From positions 35,892,715-35,956,714 of the forward strand of contig NC_092378.1 in the NCBI RefSeq assembly GCF_030028105.1: a stretch of 64,000 bases of DNA. Direction: 5' to 3'. Both the position numbers and the translations under genes were made by a program. The notes beneath the pieces were generated by a model. It made no database searches, had not been told where the DNA came from, and saw only the letters and a list, made by a program, of their open reading frames with translations. Positions 1 through 14,267 of this stretch are shown here, piece by piece. Every line of letters starts with the position of its first letter. Position 1 is the stretch's first letter. This DNA is from Mobula birostris. Taxonomy: Eukaryota.

Positions 1-309
1 AACATACAAGTAAACATACAAGGGGAACATGAAAATGGGTTAGAAAATAATTCCCCTTCTAGATTTCACATCCCACACGAATCTCTCCTTTAATATCGCC
101 TGACTGCTTCTCAACACATTTCATTCAATATTTATATATTTCTTCTACAATTCTGAAAAATCTTTCTTTCTACTAAGAACCTCAGCCTTTCACATTATCG
201 ATGACTCATCACCTCAGCTTCAGCCTCAATGCTTGCTTTTTCAATGTAGCTTGTTTCTCCGTCACTGCTCTAGGTTGCCTTCAACTTGACTCCTCTGTAA
301 GCCCATCCT

Positions 310-1097
310 AGGCTGAACGCAACAACCTAAGCTTGAATGTGGAGAAGACAAAGGAAGTCACTGTGGACTTTAGGAAGGTGCAGACGTACCATTCCCCTCC
401 TCCGTAGAGAGAGTTGGTGCACCAGGTTCCTGGGATGACGTCATCTGGTTCCTTAATATCACCTCCCTGAATAAGGTGGCACAGCAGCACCTCCACTTCC
501 TAAGAAGATTGAGGCAAGCAAGGCTCTCCCGTGCCCCATCTTAACTGTGTTTTACAGGAGCACCATTCAGAGCATCCTGACAAGTTCCAGCTCCATCTGG
601 TATGGAAGCAGTCGAACATCAGACCAGTAGTTCCTACAGTGAGAACAGCTCAGAGGATCATAGGGGTCTCGCTACCAACCACTGGGGACGTTTATCATGA
701 GCACTGCATACGCAGGTCCCTTAGTATTATTAAGGGTCCCACCCACCCATCCAGCATCCTCTTTGACTTTCTGCCATCAGGCAGGAGACTCCGAAGCATA
801 AAAACAAGAACGGTCAGGATGGAAACAGATTCTTCCCCCAGGCTATTAGGCCTCTGAACTCCCTGCTGCACGAGTTAATCTCTTCAGTGCCTTACAATAT
901 TTAATATTAATGCACATTAGTTTGATTTTCATGCGTGATTCATCTGTAGATTTTATCCTTGCCTTTGTAAGTTGCCGTGTGTTATGTGTACTACTGTACT
1001 ATACACCCTGGTTCAGAGAAACATGCTTCGCTTCTATATACATTATATGATTATATATATTATATAGCTAAATGACAATAAACTTCACTTGACTTGA
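310..1097 (+). mobile_element. Rex1-type non-LTR retrotransposon, 5'-truncated and degenerate
   Basis: ORF 531-857 has the C-terminal motif 'SIIKGPTHPSSILFDFLPSGRRLRSIKTRT'. The 3' end reads AATAAACTTCACTTGACTTGA. Confidence 0.75.
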
Positions 1098-1271
1098 TCA
1101 GACCAAAGCTTCAAGCTGCTTGTATTATATAAGCCATGATATACCAAGTCACAAGCCCTTTTTGAGACAAGAGCACTTAATCTACACTGGAGTGTAAAGA
1201 AAGCATGGAAGATTTGCTTCATTGTCCAAGCCATCTTTTATCAGCATTCAAACAGGCATTGGAATGAATGA

Positions 1272-1293
1272 ACACACACACACACACACACAC
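1272..1293. repeat. (CA)n microsatellite
   Basis: About 11 consecutive AC units. Confidence 0.9.
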
Positions 1294-2579
1294 GCGCCCA
1301 TGTACACGTGTGTATGTACACACTCATATACTTGCATTCATGTCAACATAGAGCTATTTCAACTGCTTGAAAAACTTTCAAAATTGCTCAAATATATCAG
1401 ATTTTAACACTGCTAAAATCTGATCTTTATATTATCCTCAGAAAACTCCACATCCCAATAAAGCCTTGCAATTTTTATCAAGGCCGAAACCTACAATCTT
1501 TTATAAAAAACTGGTAGAACTGTAAAATACGATACACGATACTGAGCTAGGGGCTACTATATGTGTGGACAGTGGGTATGAGCAATCTCTTGGCCTTAGG
1601 TAGCATCATATCTGAAATCCTTTGCCAGTGATCCCAAATCTACCAAGATCTTCCAGTGCAGGTGTGCCCCTGGGTGGGAGAGAGTTTCTGGCTGTGAGGT
1701 CCCAGGAACCACAGAACCTGTGGCTTAGTTGGAGACTATGCTAGAAGACTGGGAGTGGTTTGGCTGGGAACAAGACTTCAAGTTTAATATTTTATTTTAT
1801 AGTTAATTTAAATATTTAGTCATTGGTTAGCAACGGAATATACAAATTGACTAGGAGAGAATCTTGCCCACCAACTGTGTACAGTATCTCAGAAAATTGC
1901 TTGTATACTGAGAATAAAATTTATTGTGCCAATTCTAATTGGCATAGTCAGTGTGCAAAGGTTCTTACTGATGGTATGTAATCTGAAGAATGACCCATAA
2001 TCTCTGGAAATTACAAGAGAAATTACACATACTTACAAAAACAGTTTATCCTACAGTTACAAAACAGGTACTATCCTTGATGATTACAATGTAAGGCTGA
2101 GAGAACTAGCTCAACTGAGCCACAGGATATACATTAATATTCTATATGTTTCTTCAGCATGCATTAGGGCCAGTCAAATATCCTCGTGAGTGCTTATGAG
2201 ACCAAAGAAAGAACTTCTGAAGTCTGATGGAGTTTGGCAGCATCATTCTGGGTTCACTAAGCAACCATACTCCCAGTTAGAAAGCCAGTGAATCATGTGT
2301 CAGATATCCAAGTCTATATTTTTCTCTATTTCCCTTTCCTGTTTGGGACAGATACACCAGTGGCTGTTCCTACAGGTAGCCACTGTGAGAGGAGGAGGGA
2401 GGTCCTGGGTTGCGGAGGGATTTGCCAAGAGCAGGAAGAAGGAGGCATTATAACAGCATTTGCAGGGAAAGGTTCTTAGGTGAATATCACAGCAAGGGGC
2501 AATATTCGCCTGGACTTGAAGGAGGCAATGAACAAAATTTCCCATCTGCTGTACCCAAAAGACAGGTGACAATCATAAC

Positions 2580-2698
2580 CGAGAGATTCTGCAGATGCTG
2601 GACTTCAAGAGGAACACACACAAAATGCTGATGGAACTCATTTGGTCAGGCAGCATTTGTGGAAATGATTAAGTTTCAGGCCGCGACCTTTCATCAGC
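2580..2698. mobile_element. Single degenerate arm of the Penelope-derived fold-back (hammerhead) element
   Basis: GATTCTGCAGATGCTGG...ACACAAAATGCTG...GTTTCAGGCCGCGACCTTTCATCAG matches the arms at 22318-22640 and 38280-38493. Confidence 0.65.
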
Positions 2699-5203
2699 TG
2701 GCCTATGGTTGTGAATATGATTGGCACCATCAGCTAATTTGCTTCAGGTCCATTGCAGTCAGTTGGTTATAGCTCGCACTATGCAGATCACTACTGCATC
2801 AAGGAGGTAAGAGTAGACAACTTGAGGCAAAAGGAAATTATTTCCTTCTCCTGGGAAGTTATAGATGACTCTGACGAACAACCTGGAGCACTTGGCTGGG
2901 AAGACATGGAATTCTCCTGTTATTACTTTCAGCAGTTTGGGCTAACAGCCAACTACAGGAGTATTGGTGCGTGGCAATAATAAAATAAAGGAATCAATTC
3001 TGCCGAACAAGGAACGCTAACTTACATTTTTCCGAATCACTGCCTGGTGGCAAATCTGTAATGGTTTTCTGTAGTTGATGATATTTCTGTGGGAATTCCT
3101 GGACAAAGCTTCCACATTGGAAAGAAGGGGCTTTTGCAAGGTTAGTGCTGAAGCCTTTCAAGCTTCTTAACAATTTTTTTCATATTGTATGCAAACGTCC
3201 ATGTAGCTTCCCCTGAACACTTCACTGCACATCCCTAGAAGCCTTCAACTGTGAATGGAAATCAAATACCTGCAGCTGCTAGACATCCGAAAACTGAACT
3301 CTGTTTCTCTTCCCGCAGACGCAGCCCAGCCTGCTGAGAATTTCGTGATTCCATCAGTTGTTGCTGCATCAAAGTTTAAACTGATTTTCCTGGAACAGTA
3401 TGCTATCCTCGCACCTGCACTGGGCTGATATCTGCACTTCTCTTTATCCACAGCCAGATTCAGGCTGTTCACTTCTGGGAATGCACCCGACCTAAACTCA
3501 CCTCTAAGCTAATTTTTACAGTGCTAAAGGTCACAGTTTATGAACTCATCATGTGAGTATTATATCAAGATACAGGATATCTTTGTCAGCACTGCCTTGA
3601 TGCCAAGTTGCCACTGCCTCACTGCTTGAGAGTCCTTAGCAGGCTCAATGCTGCCAAGAATTCAGGGGAGGCCAATACCTAATTATCAATGAACCCTGTG
3701 CCAGCCTGATGAGCCAGTGAACCCAGAGCTGTTTTCTCTGAGGATGTTACTATTGCTAATTGATCCAGATACCGATGTTGAACAAATTGCACAGAGCTCC
3801 CTGTAACGCTGCTAACATTCTTTGGAAAGAATGGAATTTCAGGATTTGAAGTTTTTAAATTTAGGTGTAGCATTGTCTTCAGACTTTAGTGTCGGTACTG
3901 ACAATGGATGCAACATAGTGCATTTACTGTCAATGCAGTGCCACCTGACTGTGGACACAAAGAGCTTCCCAGGTGATAAAGTTTTCTCCTTCTCCACTTT
4001 TCAGAAAGGCATCCAGAGCTAGATCTGAAAATCAGGAGCTCACGCTTCAAGAGGTTTTGCCATTGGTTCCTTCAGTTGGCCAGACTTTCTGGAATGAGTT
4101 TTTAACTGATGATTTTGGGCAATGCAAACTTTTCCTTTATGAGGTGAATCTGTTGCTACAATAGTTGTGATAGAACTTGGTTTCAACTGACGGAAACAAG
4201 ATTGCAGCTCATAGATAGCCACTAAAAAGATTAGCAGTTAAGTGCTGCCTGGATGGTGAACCCACCATAATAAGTGGGGCATGGATTCTGCAGCAGTCAA
4301 GCAGACTCAGGTTAACTGCTGTCTGCCATTCTAGTACACATTTTCCTGCACCACCCTGTTCCACCCACCATATATTTAGATGTGAAAAGGGCAAGCAGAA
4401 GATGTTGCCTTTCAACTTCTAGTTTGTTTTTTTCTAATACGGGTCTTGGAGAGAAGTGAAAGAGGATGGACCTCAAAACTAAACTGCCTGAGGCAGCATT
4501 TTCTTGCTTTATTCAATCCCCAAAATTGTTGGATTGTTTCTACGGCAGTGTTGAAGCTCATGTGAAAAGTCAAATGTAAATGATTCTAGGGCAGCATTAA
4601 GATTTAATTACTTTCCTAGGTAACAGAATAATATTAGCTTTTCTGCTCCAAGGGAATATAGCTTTCAAACAAAGTCAGCCAAACTGGAATTTCATAAACC
4701 TTTTACGTTTATAAGATTTTACACATGGACTGAAATTATGACATCCACACATCTAAAAACATTTTAATTAATGTGTTCTCCCATTTTTTTCCCTGTGCAT
4801 ATATTTCATTCGCAATTCAAATAAGGATGTAATATTGCCACTCATTGCAAAACTGAAACTCTTCCTTGTCAGCATTTTGAGTTAAAAGAAAATCAATAAA
4901 CTGAGTTACACCAAATAACCAAGTTAAGGTTTTTAAGGCACAGTTAGAAACAATTATTTAAAATACACATTTAATGAGATAATAGCATAGAATTAAAAAT
5001 AATAATGCAACAATCAGAAATTATTCAAAAACACTAACAATATATTCAAAAGCACTGACAAAAACACTGGCAGGCCGATGGGACGAGGCAGATTAATGGT
5101 TTGGCCTGGACTAGATGGGCTGAATGGCAGTTCTGTGCTGTAGTATTCTATGATACTATTTGCTGAATACAGATTCACAGGAATTGGTGTTAAAATTAGG
5201 GCT

Positions 5204-7116
5204 TAATGAGGAAAGAGAAAAAAGATTATGAGAGAAAACTGGCAGGGAACATAAAAACCGACTGTAAAAGCTTTTATAGATATGTGAAAAAAAAAGATTC
5301 GTTAAGACAAATGTAGGTCCCTTACAGTCAGAAACAGGTGAATTGATCATGGGGAACAAGGACATGGTAGACCAATTGAATAACTACTTTGGTTCTGTCT
5401 TCACTAAGGAGGACATAAATAATCTTCCGGAAATAGTAGGGGACAGATGGTCTAGTGAGATGGAGGAACTGAGGGAAATACATGTTAGTAGGGAAGTGGT
5501 GTTAGGTAAATTGAAGGGATTAAAGGCAGATAAATCCCCAGGGCCAGATGGTCTGCATCCCAGAGTGCTTAAGGAAGTAGTCCAAGAAATAGTGGATGCA
5601 TTAGTGTTAATTTTTCAAAAATCTTTAGATTCTGGACTAGTTCCTGAGGATTGGAGGGTGGCTAATGTAACCCTGCTTTTTAAAGAAGGAGGGAGAGAGA
5701 AACCGGGGAATTATAGACCGGTTAGCCTGCAATCGGTGGTGGGGAAAATGCTAGAGTCAGTTATCAAAGATGTGATAACAGCACATTTGGAAAGCGGTGA
5801 AATCATCGGACAAAGTCAACATGGATTTGTGAAAGGAAAATCATGTCTGACGAATCTCATAGAATTTTGAGGATGTAACTAGTAGAGTGGATAGGGGAGA
5901 ACCAGTGGATGTGGTATATTTGGATTTTCAAAAGGCTTTTGACAAGGTCCCACACAGGAGATTAGTGTGCAAACTTAAAACACATGGTATTGGGGGTATG
6001 GTATTGACGTGGATAGAGAATTGGTTGGCAGACAGGAAGCAAAGTGTGGGAATAAACGGGACTTTTTCAGAATGGCAGGCAGTGACTAGTGGGGTACCGC
6101 AAGGCTCAGTGCTGGGACTCCAGTTGTTTACAATATATATTAATGACTTAGACCAGGGAATTAAATGAAGCATCTGCAAGTTTGCGGATGACACGAAGCT
6201 GGGTGGCAGTGTTAGCTGTGAGGAGGATGCTAAGAGGATGCAGGGTGACTTGGATAGGTTAGGTGAGTAGGTAAATTCATGGCAGATGCAATTTAATGTG
6301 GATAAATGTGAGGTTATCCACTTTGGTGGCAAAAACAGGAAAACAGATTATTATCTGAATGATGGCCGATTAGAAAAAGGGGAGGTGCAACGAGACCTGG
6401 GTGTCATTATACACCAGTCATTGAAAGTGGGCATGCAGGTACAGCAGATGGTGAAAAAGGCGAATGGTATGCTGGCATTCATAGCAAGAGGATTCAAGTA
6501 CAGGAGCAGGGAGGTACTACTGCAGTTGTACAAGGCTTTGGTGAGACCACACCTGGAGTATTGTGTGCAGTTTTGGTCCCCTAATCTGAGGAAAGACATT
6601 CTTGCCATAGAGGGAGTACAAAGAAGGTTCACCAGATTGATTCCTGGGATGGCAGGACTTTCATATGATGAAAGACTGGATTGACTAGGCTTATACTCGT
6701 TGGAATTTAGAAGATTGAGGGGGGATCCTATTAAAACGTATAAAATCCTAAAGAGATTGGACAGGATAGATGCAGGAAGATTGTTCTCGATGTTGGGGAA
6801 GTCCAGAACGAGGGGTCACAGTTTGAGGATAAAGGGGAAGCCTTTTAGGACAGAGATGAGGAAAAACTTCTTCACACAGAGAGTGGTTAATCTGTGGAAT
6901 TCTCTGCCACAGGAAACAATTGAGGCCAGTTCATTGGCTATATTTAAGAGGGAGTTAGATATGGCCCTTGTGGCTAAAGAGATCAGTGGGTATGGAGAGA
7001 AGGCAGGTACAGGTTTCTGAGTTGGATGATCAGCCATGATCATACTGATTAGCGGTACAGGCTCAAAGGGCAGAATGGCCTACTCCTGTACCTATTTTCT
7101 AGGTTTCTATGTTTCT
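5204..7116 (+). mobile_element. CR1-clade LINE, 5'-truncated ORF2 (RT) with stops and frameshifts, plus 3' tail
   Basis: Consecutive ORFs carry [50 protein letters not shown] and VRPHLEYCVQFWSP. The tail ends GTTTCTATGTTTCTA. Confidence 0.95.
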
Positions 7117-9300
7117 AAAACTCCTAGATTTGACATTTCATCACAAATCAGTAAGGCTTAAGGCAAATTCCAAGCTTGGGAGTAAGTTGGGCACTGGGTA
7201 GGTATCCCAAAGCTGCGTCAAATATCTTTGTTGAAACACCTTAGATCATCAAAAGGTGGCAAATAAATTTCATCTTAACGTTTTTCGTGAAGCACCAGTA
7301 AATTCCATGATTAATGAGAGTTAGCTGAAAGGAATCCGAGTTGATTGGTTCCTTGACAATTTGATGATTTTAGCCTTTCACCATGCATACTCTGCCCAAA
7401 GATCATTCTACTAATGACAAACGTTTTGACATTAAACTTGCATTTGTAACTTGCAAGTTTCAAACTAAGCTCTTATACAGATGAAGAACAACTATGCTAA
7501 AGCTGTAGCCCCGATCAATCCCTACAGAGTAGTGAGTTTAGCCCTAAGAGTGCCCTCAGTATTTTGAAACTGAATCTCATTATGCTGCTGAAGTTGAAAT
7601 CTGAAAGCTGCAGAGCAAACATTTTATGCAATATGGTCACTTCTTAATTGTTTCCATTCATAGGTAAAAGGCCACATTTTGCCGTGTTTCCAAATCACAC
7701 AGTTCCTTAAAAGGAACGGTCTCCCACTATCCACTCTGCAGAGTTACTTCATCATTTAGTTCACTTTCATCCAATCTCCCCTCAGACTTTCCAAAGAAAA
7801 CCATCACGGCTTTCTAATCTCTAATCTTGTAAATGAAGTTCCTCAGTCCAGGAATGGTTCTTGTAACTTTCTTTTCTGGACCCTCTTTGATGTGTTCACA
7901 TCTTTCCTGTATCATTGCAACCAGATCTGTTCTGAAGTGTGTTCCTCTGGCATCTTGTGTGTGTTGCCTGTTTTGAAACTTTGACAGAGTTTAAGATAGG
8001 AGGATTAAGCAATTTGAAAAGTCTTGCCATTGTTTTGTCCATAAAATTCAGAATTAACTATTCTCTATTGTTAGCTGATCTGCAGTGTCAGAACAGATTA
8101 ACTAAAACCCAGACCATCTCATCCTCATCAGTGTAAGTATTCAGTGATGGCATTGGGTACTTATAGCACCCTTGCCTTTTCTAAACTCATATTTCAATTT
8201 TTGCCATTTTATTCAGTGATCTATGTTACAGAAGAAAACAATAATTCTATTTGCATAATGCATGCAATTCATACTTCTCAAACTGCAAATACAATTATTG
8301 AGCTTCTGAATCCAAATACTAGATATAGGGAGCCCAAAATCAACTCACAGTGCATCACCCACACAGGAGCAGAGGGACCTGCAGCAATGAGCATACAAGC
8401 GTAAGTGCAGGCAGAGAAAACAACTGATAAGACATATAAGATTCTTGGATTTATCAATGGAAGTAGAGTTTAAGGGAAGGGAATGTGCTGATACTGGTCC
8501 AATCTCAGCCGGAATATTATATTGAGTTCTGGTTGCCATGTTACAGTAGGATGGGGAACCACAGCAAGAGTGATGCAGTGACTGTACAGAGTAGATAGTG
8601 GGAGGCTGTTCCTGTTAAGGGACTGATTGATTGATTTAGAAACAGTGAAAAGACTTCCTCAGTCAAAAAGAAACTCAAAAAAGCTAAGTTTTGTCAACCA
8701 TTGTTTTTTGTTGATTCGCTGCAGTTTCCAAGTCATTCTCATACAGATAATCTTCACATTTATTTTGATAACTGACTTATTTGCTTTACCAGGAATTCTT
8801 GTTTTTTGATCTACGTTGCAGGATGATGCCAGCGGCCAATGCAGCCAGCAGCGAAACCTGCAGACAGTTCACAGAACTACTTCTCCTTCTTTTAAATATA
8901 CTCTACTACTAATCCGTGTAAAATCAGAGCCTGTAATTTACATTTCCATATGTGTTTTTGGGCCGACCGAGAGATCTCAGCTTTTGCTGTCTCCGAGGGA
9001 ATTCAGTGTGGTTGAGAATGGAGTGTGTGGCCTAACACCAGAGTGCAAACCAATGATCGACTCCAATTCCCGACCTGATTAAAGTATTGAGCAAGATCAA
9101 AATCAACCAGGATGACAGCAGAAAGCGAGCTAGGAATTCAACACTGTCTGCCTAAGCTTGACCGCTCTCCCTCTCGCTCATTGCTACAGGAGGAAGGTGC
9201 AGGAGGCTTGGGTCTTGTTGTGTGTGCACAATGCCATATCAATTTAAAAATATGGAGGTGAGGTTAACTGGTATATTCACTTGGCAGAGAGAGAACAACA

Positions 9301-9402
9301 GACCAATGCTCAGTCCCACTCCCTGGCCTTCTCCCCATAACCTTTGTTGCCGTGACCTATCAAGAACCTATGAAACTCTGCCTTAAATGCACCCAACAAC
9401 CT
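9301..9402 (-). mobile_element. Short CR1 3'-end fragment inside the Gypsy 3' LTR
   Basis: Similar to the CR1 3' end at 9820-9910 (CAAGAACCT...CTGCCTTAAATGCACCCAACAA). Confidence 0.65.
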
Positions 9403-9738
9403 GATGTTATCAGTCAACAGTTGGTGCTAAGGTGAGTCATTGTGCTAAAAGAAATAGATCCACACATTACACTTACACCCCCTTTAGATGAATGTAACAT
9501 AAAACTGTATATGTAACAAAACATGCAATTTCACTTTAACTATATTCAAGTAAACATGCTTTCACAGTAACAGTCCATAACTAACTTCACCATACTGAAG
9601 GTTCAATCTTTTGGGTAGTGCTCGGTTTCTTTCAGTATAGCACCTTTGTACCTGTGGAGTGGCAGTAGGTTTGGCAGGTGTCTTGCCAAAGACAACTTTC
9701 TCTGTTGCGGGTGTCCCATTGCTTTTGGGGACATGATC

Positions 9739-11342
9739 ATAAGACCACAAGACATAGGAGTAGAATTAGGCCATTTGGCCAATCGAGTTTGCTCCACCAT
9801 TCAATCATGGCTGATCCTCAGCCCCACTCCACGGCCATTTTCCCGTAACATTTGATGTCGTGGCCAGTCAAGAACCTCTCAACTTCTGCCTTAAATACAC
9901 CCAACAATCTGGCCTCCACAGCTGCCTGTGCTAACAAATTCACCATCCCCTGTCGAAAGAAATTTCTCCGCATTTCTGTGTTAAATGGATGCCCTCTCTC
10001 CTGAGGCTGTGCTCTCTTGTCCTAGACTCTCCCGCCATGGGAAACATCCTTTCCACATCGTACATATCTAGGTCTTTCAAGATTCAAAAGGTTCCAATGA
10101 GATCCCCCCTTCATCCCAGAACTATCAAACGTTCTGCATATGATAACCCTTCCATTCCTGGAATCATCTTGTGAACCTCCTCTGAAATCTCTCCAATGCC
10201 AGCACATCTTTTCTTAGATAAGGAGCCCAAAACTGTTCACATACTCAAGGCGAAGCCTCACCAGTGCCTTTTAAAGCCTCAGCCTCACATTCCTGCTCTT
10301 ATATTCTAAACCTCTTGAAATGAATGCTAACATTGTATTTACCTTCCTCACCACTGACTCAACCAGCAAGTTAACCTTTAGGATGTTCTGCACAATGACT
10401 CCCAAGTCCCTTTGCATCTTAATCATATGAACTCAATCATATTGTGATCACTACCTCCTAAGGGTCCTTTTACATTAAGCTCCCTAATCTCCGGTTTATT
10501 ATAAAACAACCAATCCAGTATAGCTGATCCCCTAGATCTCCTAGTAGGCTCAATGACAAACTGCCCTAAAAAGCCATCTTGTAGATATTCAACAAACTCT
10601 CTCTCTTGAGATCCATTTCCAACCTGATTATCTCACTTGACCTAATGTTGAAATCTCCCATGTCCTTTTGACACACCGTTTTTATGTCCCATTGTAAGCT
10701 GTGGTCCACATCCCAGCTACTGTTGGGAGGCCTATATATAACTGCCATCAGGGTCCTCTTACCCATTGCAGTTTCTTAACTCAACCCAAAAGGAGTCAGG
10801 AATTTGATGTCACTCTTTACCAGCAGCACCAGACCACCCCCTCTGCCTACTTTCCTATCTCTCTGATTTAACGTATAACCTTGGACAATCAGCTCTCAAA
10901 TACAACCATCCTTCAGCCACGATTCAGTGATGGTCACAACATCGTACCTGACAATATTTATTAGTGCAACAAGATCATTCACCTTATTTCTTATACTTTG
11001 TACATTGAGATATAACACTTTTGAGCACCGTATTTGCTACCCTTCTTGATTCTGTATCTTTAATGCACTGATACTCAACCTGCTGGCTGCAATTTTGTCC
11101 TATCATTTGCCTGCCCTTCCTGACAGTTTGACTGCTGTTATCTTTGCTTTTTCACCATCTGTCCTATCCTGAGACCCTTCACTCCAGTTCCCACCTCCCT
11201 GCCAAATTAGTTTAAACCCACCCTAACTACTCTAGCAAACCTGCCTGCGAGAATATTGGTCCCCCTCGGGATCAGGTGCAACCCATCACTTTTGGACAAA
11301 TCATACCTCCCCCAGAAGAGATCTCAATGATCCAAGAGATCC
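9739..11342 (-). mobile_element. CR1 LINE, internally deleted (RT core missing), inserted into the Gypsy integrase tail
   Basis: 3' tail CATAAGACCACAAGACATAGGAG at 9738-9760. ORF2 C-terminal remnant runs to ~10420, then jumps to endonuclease motifs (VIYRPPN, MGDFN; ORF 10566-10766). Confidence 0.8.
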
Positions 11343-13774
11343 GTCACTGAGAAGCAAGTCCAGTGGTTGTAGTGTGTCCGTCTTGTTGGATGCAATCGAC
11401 TCAGGTGTGTTCTTCAGCTGAGCATCCAGTATTTGGTCCACATGTCTCCATGTATGATCTCAAAAATCCACTGTGTACATCAGTTGTCCAGTTCTTGTCA
11501 CTATCTTACTGGGTGTCCACTTGTCTTCTTGGTTATGATGCACTAGGACTTCCTAGCTAACCTCAAAACTCTTTGCTGATTCACTTGGCAACTGGCTGAA
11601 CTGTTTATTCTGCAGCTCCCTCTGTAGATCTGGTTTCAGGAGGTCTATGCGGGATCTCAGATTCCTGTCCATGAGCAGCATTGCAGGTGTTTGATTTGTC
11701 ATCGCATGAACGGAGTTCCGATACACAAAAAGTAGAGAAAAGTCCTCTTTGTCCATGGCTTTAATGAACTTCTTGAAGGTTTGCAAAAACCTTTCAGCTA
11801 ACCCATTCCTTGCTGGGTGGTGAGGAGCTGACTTGAAATGCCTGAACTCTTCTGACGTGTATTGAGGTCTGTTGTCACTCACAATTTGTTCTAGTACGCC
11901 ACTGCAGGAGAAGATAGTCCTCAGAGTGGAAACAGTCTTTTCTGAGATGGTTGACTTCATTAGTGTCACCTCCGGCCACCGAATGAGCAGCCACAGCAAT
12001 CAGAAATACGGGGTCCATGAATAGCTCCACAAAGTCAATATACACTCTTTGCCTTGGTGAAGATGACCACTCTTACTGTGTAACAGTGTCTGTGGGGCTG
12101 CATTTTGAACTTTGTTGCATCCCGAATACCTTTTGGTCAAGTCTTTAATCTGTCTGTCTATTCCTGGCCACCACACGTAGCTCCAGGCAAGCCTCTTCAT
12201 CTTGACTGTACCCAGGCATCCTTCATGCAGATTATCTAACACTCTGGTACACAATTTAGAGGGAACTACAACACGTGATCCACCCATCAACATTCTTTGA
12301 CATATGGGCAGTTGGCCTCGTCTCTCTGAGAACTCTGGAAACATAAGCTGGCCATCCTTGCATAGTGATGTCATAGACTTCTGACAATGTTGGGTCATTA
12401 CTTGTTTCTCTTTCTATTTCCAAATTTGTTCCCGGCAACTGGTCCTCTGACACTGAGTGAAACACCTCTGCTGGGTCACAGTATGCGAAGACTTCTTGAG
12501 TTGCCAACAGTGGAAGACGTGACAAGTTGTCAGTGTAGCCGTGTTGTTTGGTACCCTTGAACTCTATGTCATAAGAGTGGGCTCCCAGAAAAAGTGCCCA
12601 ATGTTGCAACTGGGTAGCGGTCATCACTGGAATTCCCTTCCTGGCATTGAAAAATGGACACAAGGGGCTGCTGATCTGTCACTAGAGTAAACTTTTGTCC
12701 ATTGAGGTAGTGGGGGAACTGTACTCTCCATACGAGACTAAGGGCCTCCGAGTCGATCTGTGCCTAGTTGTGTTCTGCACTCGTCAGTGATCTTGAAGCA
12801 AATGCAATTGGATGTTCAGACCCATCTTTCATAATGTGTGACAAAATGGCATCAATCCCACAAGGGGATGCATCACACGCCAGTTTGATGGGCAGAGATG
12901 GGTCATAGTGGGTGAGCAGTTCCTCTGATGTTATCAATCTCTGTGTTTCCTTGAGTGCTCTTTCACATCTTGCTGACCATTCCCACTTTGCTCCTGTCTG
13001 GAACAGTGTGTTCAATGTGTGCAGCACTGTAGCAATGTTTAGGAGAAACCAGCGGTAGTAGTTTATCAGCTCAAGTATGACCTGAGGTGTGACACATTTT
13101 CTGGTTTGGGCACTTGTAGCACTGCCTCAATCTTCTCTTGTGACTTATGTAAGCCCTGCTTGTCAATGACATGTCCACAATGTGAGATTTCATTCTTGAA
13201 AAACTCACATCTCTCTCTCTTTGCGCGCAGACCATACTCACTCAGCCTGGTAATCACTCTACCAAGGTTCTAGAGGTGCTCTTCACCATTTTTGTCAGTC
13301 ACAATGATGCCATCAAGGTAATATTGTGTTTCTGGGACATTTTGGAGCACTTGGTCCATTGTTCTTTTCCAAATTGCTGGAGATGATGCGACGCCAAAGA
13401 TGAGACGATTATACTGGATTAGTCCCTTGTGAGTGTTGATTGTGAGGAACTGCCTGCTTGACTCCTCAATCTCCATTTCCAGATAGGCTTGTGGCAAGTC
13501 AATCTCTGAAAACCTCTCCTCACTTGCTAAAGATATAAAAATATCTTCTATTTGTGACACAGTACACAGCACAGGGTTGATGCTCACTTTGAAGTCCCCG
13601 CATATGTGAATGGCTCCAGCCTTCTCTTTCTAGATCACTGGGACAAGGGGCGTGGCCCAATCGCTCCACTCAACCTTGGAGCGAATTCCAGGCACCTCCA
13701 ATCTCTGGTCAGCATCCAGTTGAGGATGTAGTGCACAAGATGGATGATGCATGAGTGCATGTATAACTTGGACA

Positions 13775-14095
13775 CTGAATTTAGAATTTAAATCTTACAT
13801 CTATCCCACAACATGAGGGAGTAAAAATCTTTGCGTTATGACTCCGTTGCAAAGTACAGACATGTGAATTTGAAAGTCTAATGGCTTGTAGAAAGTAGCT
13901 GTCCTGTAGCCTGTTGGTCCTGGCTTTAATGCTGTGGTACCATTTCCCAGACAGAGGCAGCTGAAACAGATTACGGTTGGGCTGACTGGTGTTCCCAATG
14001 ATCTTCCAGGCCTTCTTTCTGCACCTGCTGCTGTATATGTCTTCAATGAAGGGAAGTCCCCGTCCACAGATGTGCTTGGCTGTCCCTACCACTCT
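13775..14095 (-). mobile_element. Rex1-type LINE 3' fragment
   Basis: ORF 13781-14143 reads 'LPFIEDIYSSRCRKKAWKII...LPLSGKWYHSIKARTNRLQDSY'. Confidence 0.8.
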
Positions 14096-14267
14096 CTGCT
14101 TTTTTTGCCACCAAGCCGGTGTGTACAGTCCAGGTGAGATCATCGAGAAAATACATGGGTTTCATGGCAAAATACATGTAAATACATGCACATCTCCAAG
14201 TGGCAATTTGATTAAAAGCATTGTTGTTATTTTAAGTACTGTACAGATTTAAGCACATAATCTCATA

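Larger units (their letters stand above)
9216..13705 (-). mobile_element. Gypsy/Ty3 LTR retrotransposon remnant (RT-RNase H-integrase, PPT, 3' LTR) interrupted by two CR1 insertions
   Basis: Minus-strand ORFs: RT (INTHKGLIQYNRLIFGVASSPAIW, YLDGII), RT/RH (LTHYDPSLPIKLACDASPCG), IN (LAWSYVWWPGID, VSDNRPQYTS, NGLAERF) and IN tail (RCYTERNRALPKRLNL, 9562-9750). A PPT-like AAAGGGGTGTAAG (9472-9485) precedes TGTAATG...CAACA (9471-9216). Confidence 0.9.

Noticed and set aside
5928-6632. Antisense ORFs over CR1 (also 34073-34813, 52674-53492, 61614-63122)
   Set aside because: They are shadow frames of CR1 ORF2 with no independent coding signal.
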